NCBI GenBank assembly: GCA_951406725.2
Contig: OX597824.1
Span: 68,510,001-68,574,000 of the forward strand
Direction: 5' to 3'
Source: Octopus vulgaris
Lineage: Eukaryota
Length of the DNA stretch: 64,000 bases
In this document: positions 10,169 through 22,989 of the stretch, in pieces
Layout of the letters: every line of letters begins with the position of its first letter
Position numbering within the stretch: position 1 is the stretch's first letter
Notes under the pieces: model-generated
Databases searched by the model: none
Told to the model about the DNA's origin: nothing
The model's input: only the letters and a program-made list of their open reading frames with translations
Made by a program: the position numbers and the translations under genes

Positions 10169-10534
10169 CACATACATATATATATATATAAACATATATA
10201 TGTATATGTGTGTGTATGCATGTATTAAGCACACACATACAAACACACTCAGGCATATACTGTGCCACACACACACATACACACACACACATGCATGCGC
10301 GGACGCACACACAACCTCATAGATATGTCTTCAAGTGAGCTGCTATCGATCATTGCTCCTAATTTAGAGGCTTTATCCTCCTAAATCGGATTAAGCTTTA
10401 ATCGAGTCCACAGGCAAAATAATTGGTTCAGTTAGCTTTCGTTCTCTGTCAACCATTCAGCCACTTGCTAACAATAACAACTCACTCGACTACTTGTACA
10501 TGCTTGTATGAGTGTGAGTATATATACATATATG

Positions 10535-10572
<38 letters not shown>

Positions 10573-11019
10573 TGTATGTATGTGTGACTCTGTGTGTGCT
10601 GGTGTTTGTGTGTGTGTAGGATGGGTTTGGTAATTACTGTCCAGAAATGTGAGTTCACCCATTAATTACACATTCAGTTATTATAAACAACAATAGCCAC
10701 ACTAGCAACAACCACTCACCGAGTGATAGCAATAACCACAGAAGCAATTACTTATGTGCAATATCAACAACTAATTAAAGTAAGATAGCCACAACTCGCC
10801 AAAATGCAACAGTAACAATATACCACACCTTCCTACCCAATTCTGGAACTTTACCCACATTTGCATGATATCTATTAAGTTTACTCCTTAAGATTTTTGC
10901 TTTGATTGACCCCTCCCCCCCAGGGTAAATTGTTTCAAAGTTGTAGCCACTGGGGCATTGCTGTACTCAAAAGGACCTGTCCACTACAACATAACGGGTA
11001 TCCTAAAATCAAGGTGTCC

Positions 11020-11600
11020 TGTAAAAAGCATTGGCATGGGTGCTGGTGCCACATAAAATGCACTAATAGCAGTGCTACATAAAAAGCACTGGTGATAGTG
11101 CCACCTAAAAAGCACTGGAGATAGTCACATAAAAGGCACTGATGCCACATAAAAAGCACTGGTGCTTATGCCATGTGTAAAGCACTGGTGCTAGTGCCAC
11201 ATGAAAAGCATTGGTGTTGGTGCCATGCGAAAAGCACTGGTGCTAGTGCCACATGAAAAGCATTGATGTTGGTGCCATGTGAAAAGCACCGGTGCTGGTT
11301 CCACATGAAAAGCATTGATGTTGGTGCCATGTGAAAGCACTGGTGCTAGTGCCACATGAAAGCATTGGTGTTGGTGCCATGCGAAAAGCACTGGTGGTAG
11401 TGCCACATGAAAAGCATTGGTGTTGGTGCCATATGAAAGCACTGGTGCTGGTGCCACATGAAACGCACAGGTGTTGGTGCCATGTGAAAAGCACTGGTGC
11501 TGGTGCCATGTGAAAAGCACAGGTGATGGTGCCATGTGAAAAGCACAGGTGCTGGATCCACATGAAAAGTACTGGTGCTGGCACCATGTAAAAAGCATCA
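11020..11600. repeat. Minisatellite, about 22-24 bp unit aaagcactggtgctggtgccaYRtg, roughly 25 copies
   Basis: Directly visible. It runs into a family D 3' end (cattaggaagggtatc..aacccatgccagtatggaa) at 11600-11740. Confidence 0.9.
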
Positions 11601-12214
11601 AGTATACTTCGTAAAATGGGTGACATTAGGAAGGGTATCAAGCTGTAGAATCCAAGCCAAAAGCAGACTATGCCAGTTCCTATCAAACAGTCCAACCCAT
11701 GCCAGTATGGAAAACAGCTGTTATATGTTGATAATGACAATGATGATGATGATGATGACAACAACAACGATGATGATGACAATGACGACAAATATGATGA
11801 TGACGATGACGATGGCGACAGCAACAACAACAATGATAGCAATGACGACAGTGATGATGGTGATGATGATGATGATGATGACAACAATGATGATTCATGT
11901 TCCCAAAGTGTCAGCTGAAGACACCGACCCACTTCATACTGTCCGAAATCACAAGCCTATCTGTCATACCTTAATTAACCAGCCCTAATACTATTAAACA
12001 GGCCTCTTAACCACAACGGTATCTGTTATTGGAAAATGAAAACCACTGCCGAGCTTGTTATCTGGAAGGTGAAACCTACTCTGATTCCTGTCTTCAGAAT
12101 ATGAAAACCACTATGAGACCTGTTCTCTAGAAGGTGAAAACACACTATGATAGGGACACTTGGGGGCAATAAAGACTGCTAAAGGGAATTCATAGACATG
12201 ATATCAGGATATCT

Positions 12215-12600
12215 TTGCTAAAGATACATACAAAAAATAGCCCCCAAAATAGCCCAAAATGATACATACAAAAAATAGCCCCCAAAATAGCCCATAAAGA
12301 TACATTAAAAAAATAGCCCTAAAAGATACACAAAAAATAGCCAAAAAAGATACATACAAAAAATAGCCCCCAAAATAGCCCAAAATGATACCTACAAAAA
12401 ATAGCCTCCAAAATAGCCCAAAATGATACCTACAAAAAATAGCCCCCAAAATAGCCCATAAAGATACATTCAAAAAATAGCCCAAAAAGATACACAAAAA
12501 ATAGCCCAAAAAGATACATACAAAATACAGCCCCAAAAATAGCCCAAAAAGATATATACAAAAAATAGCTCGAAAAGACACGTAGAAAAATAGCCAAATG
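12215..12600. repeat. Compound minisatellite (aaagatacatacaaaaaatagccc / caaaatagccc)
   Basis: Directly visible alternating subunits of about 23 and 12 bp. Confidence 0.9.
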
Positions 12601-12873
12601 GGCAGTGCACATGGTTTATGAAGAGCACTAACACTGTAAATTCTATTGTATGGAGGGTTTTTTTATTGAGCACTCACATGTACATTTTTTTTTTTAAATA
12701 CAGCTCTAGCTCTTCTTAACATCATACAATCAACATATTTATTTAGTACATCATATCTGTTATCTATCTCAGGTATCTGGGTGGTGCCCAGTGGATAATG
12801 TGTAAATACAGCTGGTATCAATAATTTTTTTTAGATAATAATAATAATAATAACGATGATAATAATAATTATG

Positions 12874-13035
12874 GGCATAGGAGTGGCTGTGTGGTAAGTA
12901 GCTTGCTTATGAACCACATGGTTCCGGGTTCAGTCCCACTGTGTGGCACCTTGGGCGAGTGTCTTCTACTATAACCTCGGGCTGACCAAAGCCTTGTGAG
13001 TGGATTTGGTAGACGGAAACTGAAAGAAGCCCGTC

Positions 13036-13089
<54 letters not shown>

Positions 13090-13290
13090 GTGTATACGAC
13101 TGTGTGTCTATGTTTGTCCCCCCCAACCGATGCTGGTGTGTTTACGTCCCTGTAACTTAGTGGTTCAGCAAAATAAACCGATAGAATAAGTACTAGGCTT
13201 ACAAAGAATAAGTCCTGGGGTCGATTTGCTCAACTAAAGGCGGTGCTCCAGCATGGCCACAGTCAAATGACTGAAACAAGTAAGAGTAAA
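12874..13290 (+). mobile_element. SINE family A, near full length
   Basis: ggagtggctgtgtggtaagtagc..ccgggttcagtcccactg..gtagacggaaactgaaagaagccc..(TA)n..gactgaaacaagtaa. Confidence 0.9.
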
Positions 13291-13299
13291 GAGTATAAA

Positions 13300-13657
13300 A
13301 AGAGCACTCAGAGAGCCCAAACCTCTGCCAAGTCAACATCAATATCCTCTCAACGATTAGCCAAAGATGATTTTTAAGATGAGAGTATCTGAAATAAACT
13401 TGATTGCTCTCACAAATGAGAATACTAAAAAAGAACATGACTGCTCTCAAAAATTAAGTAAAAAAAACAGAAAAATAGTCTAGTATCAGATTGATCCCAA
13501 AATCTAATCAGTTCATGTCAGTCACGGGGTCAAACATCCCTAAAAGTTTCATCCAAATCCATCCAGCAGTTCTCGAGATATCTTGTCTATGGACAAACAA
13601 CAAACAAACAAACACACCTGAAAACAATACCTCCGCCTTTGCTAAGGCAGAGGTAAT
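13300..13657 (+). mobile_element. Non-autonomous element with subterminal inverted repeat and 3' hairpin (Helentron/HINE-like)
   Basis: 5' aaacctctgccaag and 3' hairpin tacctccgcctt tgct aaggcagaggta. An inverted copy lies at 36118-36491. Confidence 0.6.
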
Positions 13658-13661
13658 AAAA

Positions 13662-13986
13662 AGACCCCCTTCGGTTATGAATGACCATGGGATTGCACCT
13701 AGAAAGTTACCCTCCTAGACACAAGTCCGGGCAAGGTTGTTTATGGAAGGCCAGCAGTCGCCCATGCACACCAGCCTCCCCTCTCCACGCCACCAGTGTT
13801 ATCCAAGGGAAAGACAAAGGTCGATACAGCTTGGCACCAGTGACGCCGCAACTCATTTCTACAGCTGAGTGAACTGGAGCAACGTGAAATAAAGTGCCTT
13901 GCTCAAGAACACAACACGCAGCCTGGTCCGGGATTCGAGCTCACAACCTCACGATCGTAAGCTCGACGCTCTAACCACTGAGCCAT
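13662..13986 (-). mobile_element. CORE-type SINE family B, near full length
   Basis: Reverse complement reads tggctcagtggttagagcgtcgagcttacgatcgtgaggttgtgagctcgaatccc, then CORE and 3' body. Confidence 0.9.
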
Positions 13987-14005
13987 AATAATAATAATAA
14001 TGATA

Positions 14006-14194
14006 ATCGAAATTGAAAAGATGTGGCATCTCAAGACGGTTACAGTAGCAGTGATTGTGAGAGCACTTGGAATGATCAAAAACGAAACTAAAAATTATCT
14101 AAAAGTGATCCCTGGATTACCATCCATGCAGGAAGTGTAAAAGATGGTATTAACTGGTATATCACATATAATGAGAAGAGCATTGTTGCTGTGA
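14006..14194 (+). pseudogene. C-terminal fragment of an R4/Dong-clade LINE ORF (restriction-like endonuclease end)
   Basis: Translates IEIEKMWHLKTVTVAVIVRALGMIKNETKNYLKVIPGLPSMQEV*KMVLTGISHIMRRALLL*. It is preceded by (TAA)n, and the 3' UTR runs to about 14420. Confidence 0.8.
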
Positions 14195-14491
14195 ACTTTC
14201 TTTCCTTTCCTTTTACCCCCTTTTTTTTATTTGCTTGCTTTTCTATTTTTTATTTTTTCCTTTCTCTCTCACTGTCTTCCCCCTTTTTCTCTATCACATG
14301 ACTCTGTAAATGAACAATTTGGTGTGCTTGTTTTGATGGCCAACCAATGTATTTTGTAAGTTTCTCTGCCCTAGGTGTCAGGAAGACACTTGGCAAGAAA
14401 TGAAAACAGAATTGAAAGAAGATGCTAATGAAAATGGTGGTGGTGGTGGTGGTTGTGGTGATGGTGGTGCTGGTGCTGGTGATGATGATGT

Positions 14492-14522
<31 letters not shown>

Positions 14523-14526
<4 letters not shown>

Positions 14527-14892
14527 CAGTACCAGGCACTGTCTCTCATGGTTTCTGATATTAACAGATTGGAAGTTTTATCATGTACATTGTTTTGTCT
14601 TGGTATAAAAGATGGGCTACAGCAAATACTCCGCTCAATACCACATATTTGCTTGTTAGTTGTTTGACCATAACCAGTTGAGCGTGTCCCTCAGTGGTTG
14701 ATAATATATGCATCACTAATCATGAGCATGAATGGTGGGGGATCATCATATCCCTGTGTTGAGAGGAATTCTTTGGAGCTTGAATAGTTCACCACTGGGG
14801 TATGGCTGTTTCATTCAACATCCTTAAATAACCCTTATTCAGTGACCTTTTGAGCAGGATGGGCTACTCAACCTAAAGGATATTCTAACTGG
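14523..14892 (-). mobile_element. Diverged partial inverted copy of repeat family E
   Basis: gatgcagtaccaggca..ttggaagt.ttatcatgtacattgttttgtcttggtataaaagatggg is the reverse complement of 17450-17810. Confidence 0.85.
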
Positions 14893-15040
14893 CTGGCATT
14901 AGGAAGGGCATCCAGATGTAGATACCATGCCAAATCAGACTGGAGTCTGGTACAGCCCCCACCTCACATAGCTTGCCAGCTCTGGTTACACCATCCAACC
15001 CACGACAGCATGAACAACAGACGTTAAATGATGATGATGA
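14893..15040 (+). mobile_element. Family D 3' end
   Basis: ggcattaggaagggcatccag..gacgttaaa(tga)n. Confidence 0.75.
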
Positions 15041-15145
15041 TATACACACATACATAAATATGTAGACAGATAGACAGACAGATAGACATACAGTCAGATA
15101 GACAGATTGACAGACAGACAGATAGATAGATAGATAAATAGATAA

Positions 15146-15281
<136 letters not shown>

Positions 15282-15572
15282 GCAGGCAGGCAGGCAGGTA
15301 GGTTGGTAGGTAGGTAGGTAGGTAGGCAGGTAGGTAAGGAGTATTTTTTTTATTAGAAGCTAAAGTTTCTTGTATCATATCTTAGTGGTTTATGTTTCTG
15401 GTTGCTCAAATGAATGAAGTGGCCAACATATTTGTAAACAGATCAAAATATGATTAGTCAATAGTACATCTAGATGTGATTGAATGCTGAATAAAAACTT
15501 AGAAATTACACTGTACTTACATATTACATGTGCAATATACATATATATATAAGTATGTGTGTGTGAAAGTAT

Positions 15573-15609
<37 letters not shown>

Positions 15610-15850
15610 TGCTCATATACACACAAGTATACACACACATACACATGTAATTACTTTTGTCTTAGATTAGATATGCTGAGCATTCTCTGTAAGCTTTAAA
15701 CAGAAGTACATTACTAATGTGTTTGAGAAATATTTACTTAAACATATACCTACCACCCATACAAACTATATGTATATGATTGAGCATGTGTGTATGTGTG
15801 CATATTGTGTGCCCGTATGTGTGTAAATATGCATATATGTATATACATAA

Positions 15851-15898
<48 letters not shown>

Positions 15899-16045
15899 AT
15901 ATATATATATATATTTGTATATATATATATGTGTGTGTGTGTATGTATATGTAGATATGTATACACATATATACATATATATGTCAATGAAGATGATGAT
16001 AATGATGTGTATATATATGTATGTGTATATAAATGTATATATATG

Positions 16046-16082
<37 letters not shown>

Positions 16083-16744
16083 GTATATGTATACATATAT
16101 ACATGTATATATACAGTAATTACATATTTTAAATAAAGCATATGCATTATTTACCATATACATCTCATTGAGACACCGTTGTGTGTGTGTGTGTATGTAA
16201 GGGTAGGGACCATAATAGATTGTCGCACCAAATTGCCTTGCCTTATTTATAATTTATTTTCTCTCTTCTATATTTCTGAGTTCAAATCCCACAGGTATTG
16301 ATTTTTTTTTGCATATTTGGTTTTTTCTTTTGTTTCTTTTCTTTTTGTTTTCAATTTTCCCTCAAGGACAGTTATGGAGTGGGGGACGAAGTGGTGGTGG
16401 GGGTTCAGTTGGAGGGTGTGAATGAAATAAGTACCAGTCGAGTACTGAGATCGATTCGATAGTCAACGCCATGTTCACCAATAATATCTCAATATTTTTC
16501 TGGCTCCTTGCCTGTGCTACAAGTTTGTTAATAATTCATACATGACACATTGCACAGTTATTTACATAAAATATGGTGAGTCCAATGTAGGGGAACATGA
16601 AAGTGGCCATTGTTGTTGTTGTTGTTGTTGTTGTTGCTGTTGCTTAGCCCAAAGTTAATTTCAGCACTGACATTCCAGCCATGACCAAATCATCAGTTTC
16701 TCCTTTTTCCCCCTTTGCAAATAGTCCAGAACCAGGAATAATAT

Positions 16745-16965
16745 TCTTTTCTACTCTAGGTACAAGGCCTGAAATTTTGGGGGAGGGTGCCAGTCGATTA
16801 GATCGATCCCAGTACACAACTGGTACTTAATCTATTGACCCTGAGAGGATGAAAGGCAAAGTCAACCTCGGCAGAATTTGAACTCAGAATGTAAAGACAG
16901 AATGAAATACTTACTGCTAAGCATGTCGCCCAGTATGCTAATGTTTCTGCCAGCTCGCCACCTTA
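16745..16965 (-). mobile_element. Nin-domain-type SINE family C
   Basis: Reverse complement contains ttctgagttcaaattctgccgaggttgactttgcctttcatcct..attaagtaccagtt. Confidence 0.85.
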
Positions 16966-16996
16966 GAATCAGGAACAATATTATCGAACAGAGTAA

Positions 16997-17207
16997 GGCC
17001 ACAAGCTGGCAGAATCATTAGCACACCAGGCAGAATGCTTAATGGTATTTCGTTCGTCTTTACGCTCTGAGTTCAAATTCCACTGAGGTCAACTTTGCCT
17101 TTCACCCTTTTGGTGGTTGATAAAATAATACCAGTAAAGCACTAAGTTCAATGTTATTGATTTACTCCCTCCTCCAAAATTTCTGGATTTGTGTCAAAAT
17201 TTGAAGC

Positions 17208-17210
<3 letters not shown>
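16997..17210 (+). mobile_element. Nin-domain-type SINE family C
   Basis: gctggcagaatcattagc..ctgagttcaaattccactgaggtcaactttgcctttca, ending in an (att)n tail. Confidence 0.85.
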
Positions 17211-17259
<49 letters not shown>

Positions 17260-17815
17260 GAGTGAGAGAGCAGTTCATGCCATCAAAGTGACACTGGGGT
17301 AAAATATACGAAGCCCAATATACCCATCATGACTACCCGTCTGATAAGGGTACACCAGGCACATGCATCACAACCATATGTGTGCGACATGGTGATCTCA
17401 TATCAAGATAAGCAGCACATGACCTTGCAGGTGGGGCCCAATTAGAATTTTCTTCAGGTTGAGTAGCCCATCCCGCTCAAAAGGTCCCTGAATAAGGGTT
17501 GCTTAAGGATGTTGAAAGAACCACCCATGTTTCCAGAGGTGAATTATTCAAACCCCAAAGAATCCCTCTCAACACATGGCTATGATGCTCCCCCACTACT
17601 TCTGCTCGTGATCAGAGATGCACATATCGTCAGCCACTAAAGGACATGCTCAACTGGTTAAGGTCAAACGACTGACAAGCAAATCTGTGGTATTGAGCAG
17701 AATATTTGCTGTAACCCATCTTTTATACCAAGACAAAACAATGTACATGATAACACTTCCAATCAGTTAAGATCAGAAGCCATGAGAGCCACTGCCTGGT
17801 ACTGCATCAGGGCAT
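17260..17815. mobile_element. About 555-bp non-coding repeat family E embedded in (ATT)n
   Basis: Near-identical to 21010-21452 and flanked by (att)n on both sides. Confidence 0.9.
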
Positions 17816-18041
17816 TTATTATCATTATTATTATTATTATTATTATTATCATCATCATTATTATATGTTTGACTTTTGCTTTGTATTTGTGCAAGTTGGC
17901 TCCAAGTTTCAAGAGACAACAAGTTAGAAGTTCATGTTGGTGTTATGCCTAGGGTGTCATATATTTGGTTTTGTACATAGTGTTGTTCTAAAGAATGTTT
18001 AAGAAAACATGAAAATTATGAGTTTGTTTTAAAATTTGAAA

Positions 18042-18272
18042 TTACATAGACAATATTTTATGTAGAATATAGGCAGCTCTCATGAGCACTATCTTTTGAA
18101 TTTCTGCCATTTTGGAGTTTCCTGGTATCTGAGCTAGGTAGGAATCAGTCCCTTTTGCTATCATTCCTAGGGCACCTATGTCAAAAAGTATTGTTTTAGT
18201 CTTGAGGTTCCACATTTTGCCAATTTCTATTTCAAGATCTTTATACTTGCTCAGGTTTTGGTAGGTCTTGAC
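18042..18272 (-). pseudogene. 5'-truncated R4/Dong-clade LINE, C-terminal 76 codons
   Basis: Translates VKTYQNLSKYKDLEIEIGKMWNLKTKTILFDIGALGMIAKGTDSYLAQIPGNSKMAEIQKIVLMRAAYILHKILSM*. The 3' UTR 18041-17863 ends in (TAA)n, the known Dong target. Confidence 0.85.
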
Positions 18273-18730
18273 TATTTTCTGGTTCTGGACTATTTTCTTT
18301 TATTCTTTTTGTTTTATTTTATATTTAGTGCTATATGTATAGTTTATAAAACTATAAAAAGAAAAGTGCTAAATTTCTTGTTCTCTATCATGCACTCACA
18401 CATATATACAAGGTGAAACAAATATTACTGTTTGGATAGTACAGAAATGCACAAAAATTAAAGGGTACCCAATGGCCTTTTGTATAATTCCAACCCAGCT
18501 GGCCCACGAAGGGTTAGTGCAAAAAAGCCAAAATTGCCCTTATTTTACCCGAGTGCCTAAAAACTCTTACCACCCCACCCCTTGGCTAATGAAGAAACAG
18601 GAATTATGTCTGTTTTTCTTTTACTTTAATTTTTTCTACCTCCACCCCTTTCTCTCTGTTTATCTCTGTCTCTTTTCATTTATTTAAATCTAGAATCATC
18701 ATCATCATCACTGATTGATTTTTCTTTCTT

Positions 18731-18950
18731 TTACTCTTATTTGTTTCAGTCATTTTTGGCTGAGGCTATGCTGGAGCACTGCCTTAAAGGGGTTTTTTTA
18801 GTTGAAGAACCCGACTCCAGGACTTATTCTTTGCAAGCCTAGTATTTATTCTATCAGTCTCTTTTACCAAACTGCTAAGTGACAGGGATTTAAACTCACC
18901 AACATCTGTTGTCAAGCCTTGGTGGGGGGACAAACACAGACACAAACACA

Positions 18951-19005
<55 letters not shown>

Positions 19006-19087
19006 CAGGCTTCTTTCAGTTTCTGTCTATCAAATCCACTCACAAGGCATTGGTTAGCCTGAGGCTATAGTAGAAGACACTTGCCCA
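18731..19087 (-). mobile_element. SINE family A, 5' truncated
   Basis: Family A body and 3' end on the minus strand with internal (CA)n. Confidence 0.85.
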
Positions 19088-19236
19088 TAGGAAGACAAAC
19101 AGGTTTTCTACTGAAGAATGGAAGTGAACAAGTTCACTTCTATGACAGTGACACTTATTTGCAGCCATCAAATCTCATCAAGACATGGGTACACACACAC
19201 ACACACACACACGTGCATACATGTATGCATACATAT

Positions 19237-19380
19237 ACAAGGGGGTGCCGAAAAGTTCCTGACTTCAAGGGCATTGCAAACTTCCAAGTTCTTTTACAAG
19301 GCTTAGAAGAACTGAAGGACTGCAGCAATAAGTGTGTGAATCTGGGAGGGGAATGTGTTGAATAAAATCATAATTAACTG
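19237..19380 (+). mobile_element. Internally deleted mariner remnant
   Basis: tacaagggggtgccgaaaagttcc terminus, plus QGLEELKDCSNKCVNLGGECVE*, which resembles the mariner transposase C-terminus. Related to 47250-47462 and 36058-36110. Confidence 0.65.
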
Positions 19381-19424
19381 GGCTATTGCAGTAGACCACT
19401 TGCTCAAGGTGTTGTGCAATGGTG

Positions 19425-19642
19425 TCTGTCTGTCTGTCTCTTAGCTGTCCTATCTGTTTGTCTGTCTCTTAGTTGTTCTATCTGTCTGCCTATCTCTTAG
19501 TTGTCCTATCTGTCTGTCTCTTAGTTGTCCTATATGTCTGTCTGTCTCTTAGTTGTCCTATCTGTTTGTCTGTCTCTTAGTTGTCCTATATATCTGTCAC
19601 CTAGTTATCCTATCTGTTTGTCTCTTAGTTGTCCTATCTGTC
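19425..19642. repeat. Minisatellite, about 23-bp unit tgtctgtctcttagttgtcctat
   Basis: Directly visible, about 8-9 copies. Confidence 0.9.
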
Positions 19643-20096
19643 AATTAATCAGTCTGTTATGTTTGTTAGTCTGTTTCACTCTTTCTGTTTGTCTCTTGGT
19701 CTATCCGCAAGCCTGTCTTATACTGTGTTAGTCTATGGGTTGGTCAGTGCTTAATTTTTATATTTTATATAAATTATATCTCTAGATAATTAACTCAAAC
19801 TGAAAGACACTCAGTCATGTACCATGATGCTTAGTTCTTCACACACAAATACAGATGCACATGCACACACACATGTACACACACACAAACACACATGCAA
19901 ACACAAAAATGCAGACACATACATACAAATACAGACACACACAAACATGCATACACACACATGCATGCACAAACACAAATATACAAACACACACTTAAAC
20001 ATACACACACAAACACATGCACACAAACACACAAACAGACACACAGAAACACACACACGCACAAACGCACACACACGCAAACATACACATGCACAC

Positions 20097-20153
20097 ATTA
20101 AAGATTTTTGTAAAAAGAATGGCTCTTGAGAGACATATAAAAAATCTTACTTC

Positions 20154-20189
<36 letters not shown>

Positions 20190-20545
20190 GTATATGCTGG
20201 TATATATTAAAGACTTGAGATGCTTGATACTCATATATAGAAGATATATATATTGGTTTATATTAAAGATTTAATGGCTCTTGAGACACATATAAGAAAG
20301 CTTACTTCTTCACGCACTCACACACACACACACACACATACACAAACGCACGCACACACAAACAAACACACACACACACACACACTGTATATGCTTGTAC
20401 ATATTAAAGACTTGAGACTCTTGAGACGGATATAAATCCTTAAATCCTTAAAAATGTTTTAGCCCAAAGGCCGCGGCCATGCTGGGGCACCACCGCTGAT
20501 ATATACAAGATATGTATATATTGGTTTATATTAAAGATTTAATTG
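20097..20545. repeat. Local degenerate tandem duplication (about 165 bp)
   Basis: aatggctcttgaga.acatataa..cttacttcttcac(ac)n..tgtatatgct.gta.atattaaagacttgaga is repeated. Confidence 0.75.
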
Positions 20546-20613
20546 TGTAAACAGAGCAGTTCTTGAGTCACATACATAACATATATTAGCATATATTAAA
20601 ATTTAAATCTTAC

Positions 20614-20804
20614 CTGTCATTTCGTTCTCAACTGGCCTCTCAACAAAGTATTGATTCAAAGGATAACCATATTAATTGTGTAGTACAAGGCTCCGTTTTT
20701 GATCCAGTTTTCTTCTTAATATATATGTTACGCTATCATATGCAGCAGAGTTCATCATTTTGAGGGCGATACCAATCTATTGTCGATCAATAATTTGCAC
20801 AAAA
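20614..20804 (-). other. Candidate non-coding (5' UTR) exon with a 28-codon uORF
   Basis: Long polypyrimidine tract with ttctAG acceptor and ACAG|GTAAGA donor. All frames are closed. Confidence 0.4.
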
Positions 20805-21009
20805 CTAGAAAGACAAACAAAATAAAAGAAAAAGGAAATAAATCATAGCACACCTCTCTTTTGATGCAAAAATTTCTCAAATGCAAACAAAATAAATATA
20901 ATTTTATTCACCAAAAGAAAAAAAAACCCCAAAAAAACTAATTTCTTACTGCCTAAGTTGAAGTGTAGTAGAAGAAAGCTCTGTATTTATTATTATTATT
21001 ATTATTATT

Positions 21010-21452
21010 GAGTGAGAGAGCAGTTCATGCCATCAAAGTGACACTGGGGTAAAATATACAAAGCTCAATATACCCATCATGACTACCCGTCTGATAAGGG
21101 TACACCAGGCACATGCATCACAACCATATGTGCGCGACATGGTGATCTCATATCAAGATAAACAGCACATGACCTTGCAGGTGGGGCCCAGTTAGAATTT
21201 TCTTCAGGTTGAGTAGCCCATCCTGCACAAGTGGTCCCTGAATAAGGGTTGCTTAAGGATGTTGAAAGAACCACCCATGTTTCCAGAGGTGAATTATTCA
21301 AACCCCAAAGAATCCCTCTCAACACATGGCTATGATGCTCCCCCACTACTTCTGCTCGTGATCAGAGATGCACATATGGTCAGCCACTAAGGGACATGCT
21401 CAACTGGTTAAGGTCAAACAACTGACAAGCAAATCTGTGGTATTGAGCAGAA
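21010..21452. mobile_element. Repeat family E, truncated copy in (ATT)n
   Basis: Near-identical to 17260-17703. Confidence 0.9.
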
Positions 21453-21503
21453 TTATTATTATTATTATTATAACTATTATTATTGTGGTTGTTGTTGTTG
21501 ATA

Positions 21504-21990
21504 AGGCAGCAAGCTGGCATAGTTGTTTGCATGCCAGGTGAAATGCTTAGCAATATTTTGTCTGCCGCTACGTTCTGAGTTCAAATTCTGTCGAGGTGAA
21601 CATTGCCTTTAATCTTTCCGGGGTTGATAAAATAAGTACCAGTTGAACGCTGGGGTGAATGTAATCAACTCATCCCCAACTCTCTGAAGCTGCCCTTGTG
21701 GCAAAAAAAATTTGAAATAATAATAATAATAATAATTATTATTATTATTATTATTGTTGTTGTTGTTGTTGTTGTTAAGAAGGTGGTGAGCTGGCAGAAT
21801 CATTAGCATGCTGGATGAAATGGTCAGCAGAATTTCACCAATCATTATGTTTTGAGTTCAAATTCTGCCGAGGTTGACTTTGCCTTTCATCCTTTCAGGG
21901 TTAATAAATTAGAACCAGTTGAGGACTAGAGTTGGTGTAATCAACTGGCCCCTCCCACAAAATTTCAGGCCTTGTGCCAATCAAGGAAAG
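21504..21990 (+). mobile_element. Two tandem SINE family C copies (21504-21715, 21782-21990)
   Basis: Both have gctggca..tctgagttcaaattctg.cgaggt..gccttt.atc.tt..ggg.t.ataaa. Confidence 0.8.
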
Positions 21991-22532
21991 GATTATTATC
22001 ATTATTATTATCATTATGATGATGGTGTTGATGGCAAGGATGGCAATGATGATGATGATGATAAAGAAGATGATAATGATGATGATGATATTAATAATTC
22101 AGGCACATAGCCAGCAGCATTGGAAGGAGAGTTAAGTTGATCATAATGGTACTTTATTTTATCAGTGATGGAAACTTGAAAATATAGCAAAGTTGACTTC
22201 AACAAGAATTGAACTCAAAATATAAAGGACAAGCAAAGCAAAAAAAAAAAAAAAAAAAATTCCTGCAAAACATTTTGTCCAACATTAATGATACTGCCAA
22301 CATTAGAAAACACCCCCAAACATCTAATTACTGCAAAACAAATAACCACTGTAACACACATACACACACACACACACACACAATATATATAGGTTTCTTT
22401 ATAAAATACATATATATATGAATAAATAATACAAAAGGGATGGTATTATCAAAATACCATCACAAGTGGCAAACGAATTATCACCCATACAGGCAAATTA
22501 ATAAAATATATACATACAATATAAAATATGTA

Positions 22533-22583
<51 letters not shown>

Positions 22584-22703
22584 TAAGAGTAAAAGAGTAT
22601 GTATATATATATATATTTATGTATATGTATAACTGTATGTATATATATATGCATATATATGTATATATATATGTATATATATATATATAAGTATATGTAT
22701 ATG

Positions 22704-22742
<39 letters not shown>

Positions 22743-22763
22743 TTTGACAAATTAAATTAAATG

Positions 22764-22825
<62 letters not shown>

Positions 22826-22829
22826 TATA

Positions 22830-22989
22830 TCATCATCATCATCATCATCGTCGTTTAACATCCGTTCTCCATGCTAGCATGGGTTGGACGGTTCGACCGG
22901 GGTTCTGGGAAGCCAGAAGGCTGCACCAGGCTCCAGTCTAATCTGGCAATGTTTCTACAGCTGGATGCCCTTCCTAACGCCAACCACTC

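Noticed and set aside
11020-11600. CRISPR-like appearance of regularly spaced repeats
   Set aside because: Units are contiguous with no unique spacers, there are no cas genes and the context is eukaryotic. It is a minisatellite.
17740-17815. HDV-like ribozyme at the end of family E
   Set aside because: One hairpin (cttctgatc/gattggaag) is visible, but I could not place L3, the catalytic C or P2.
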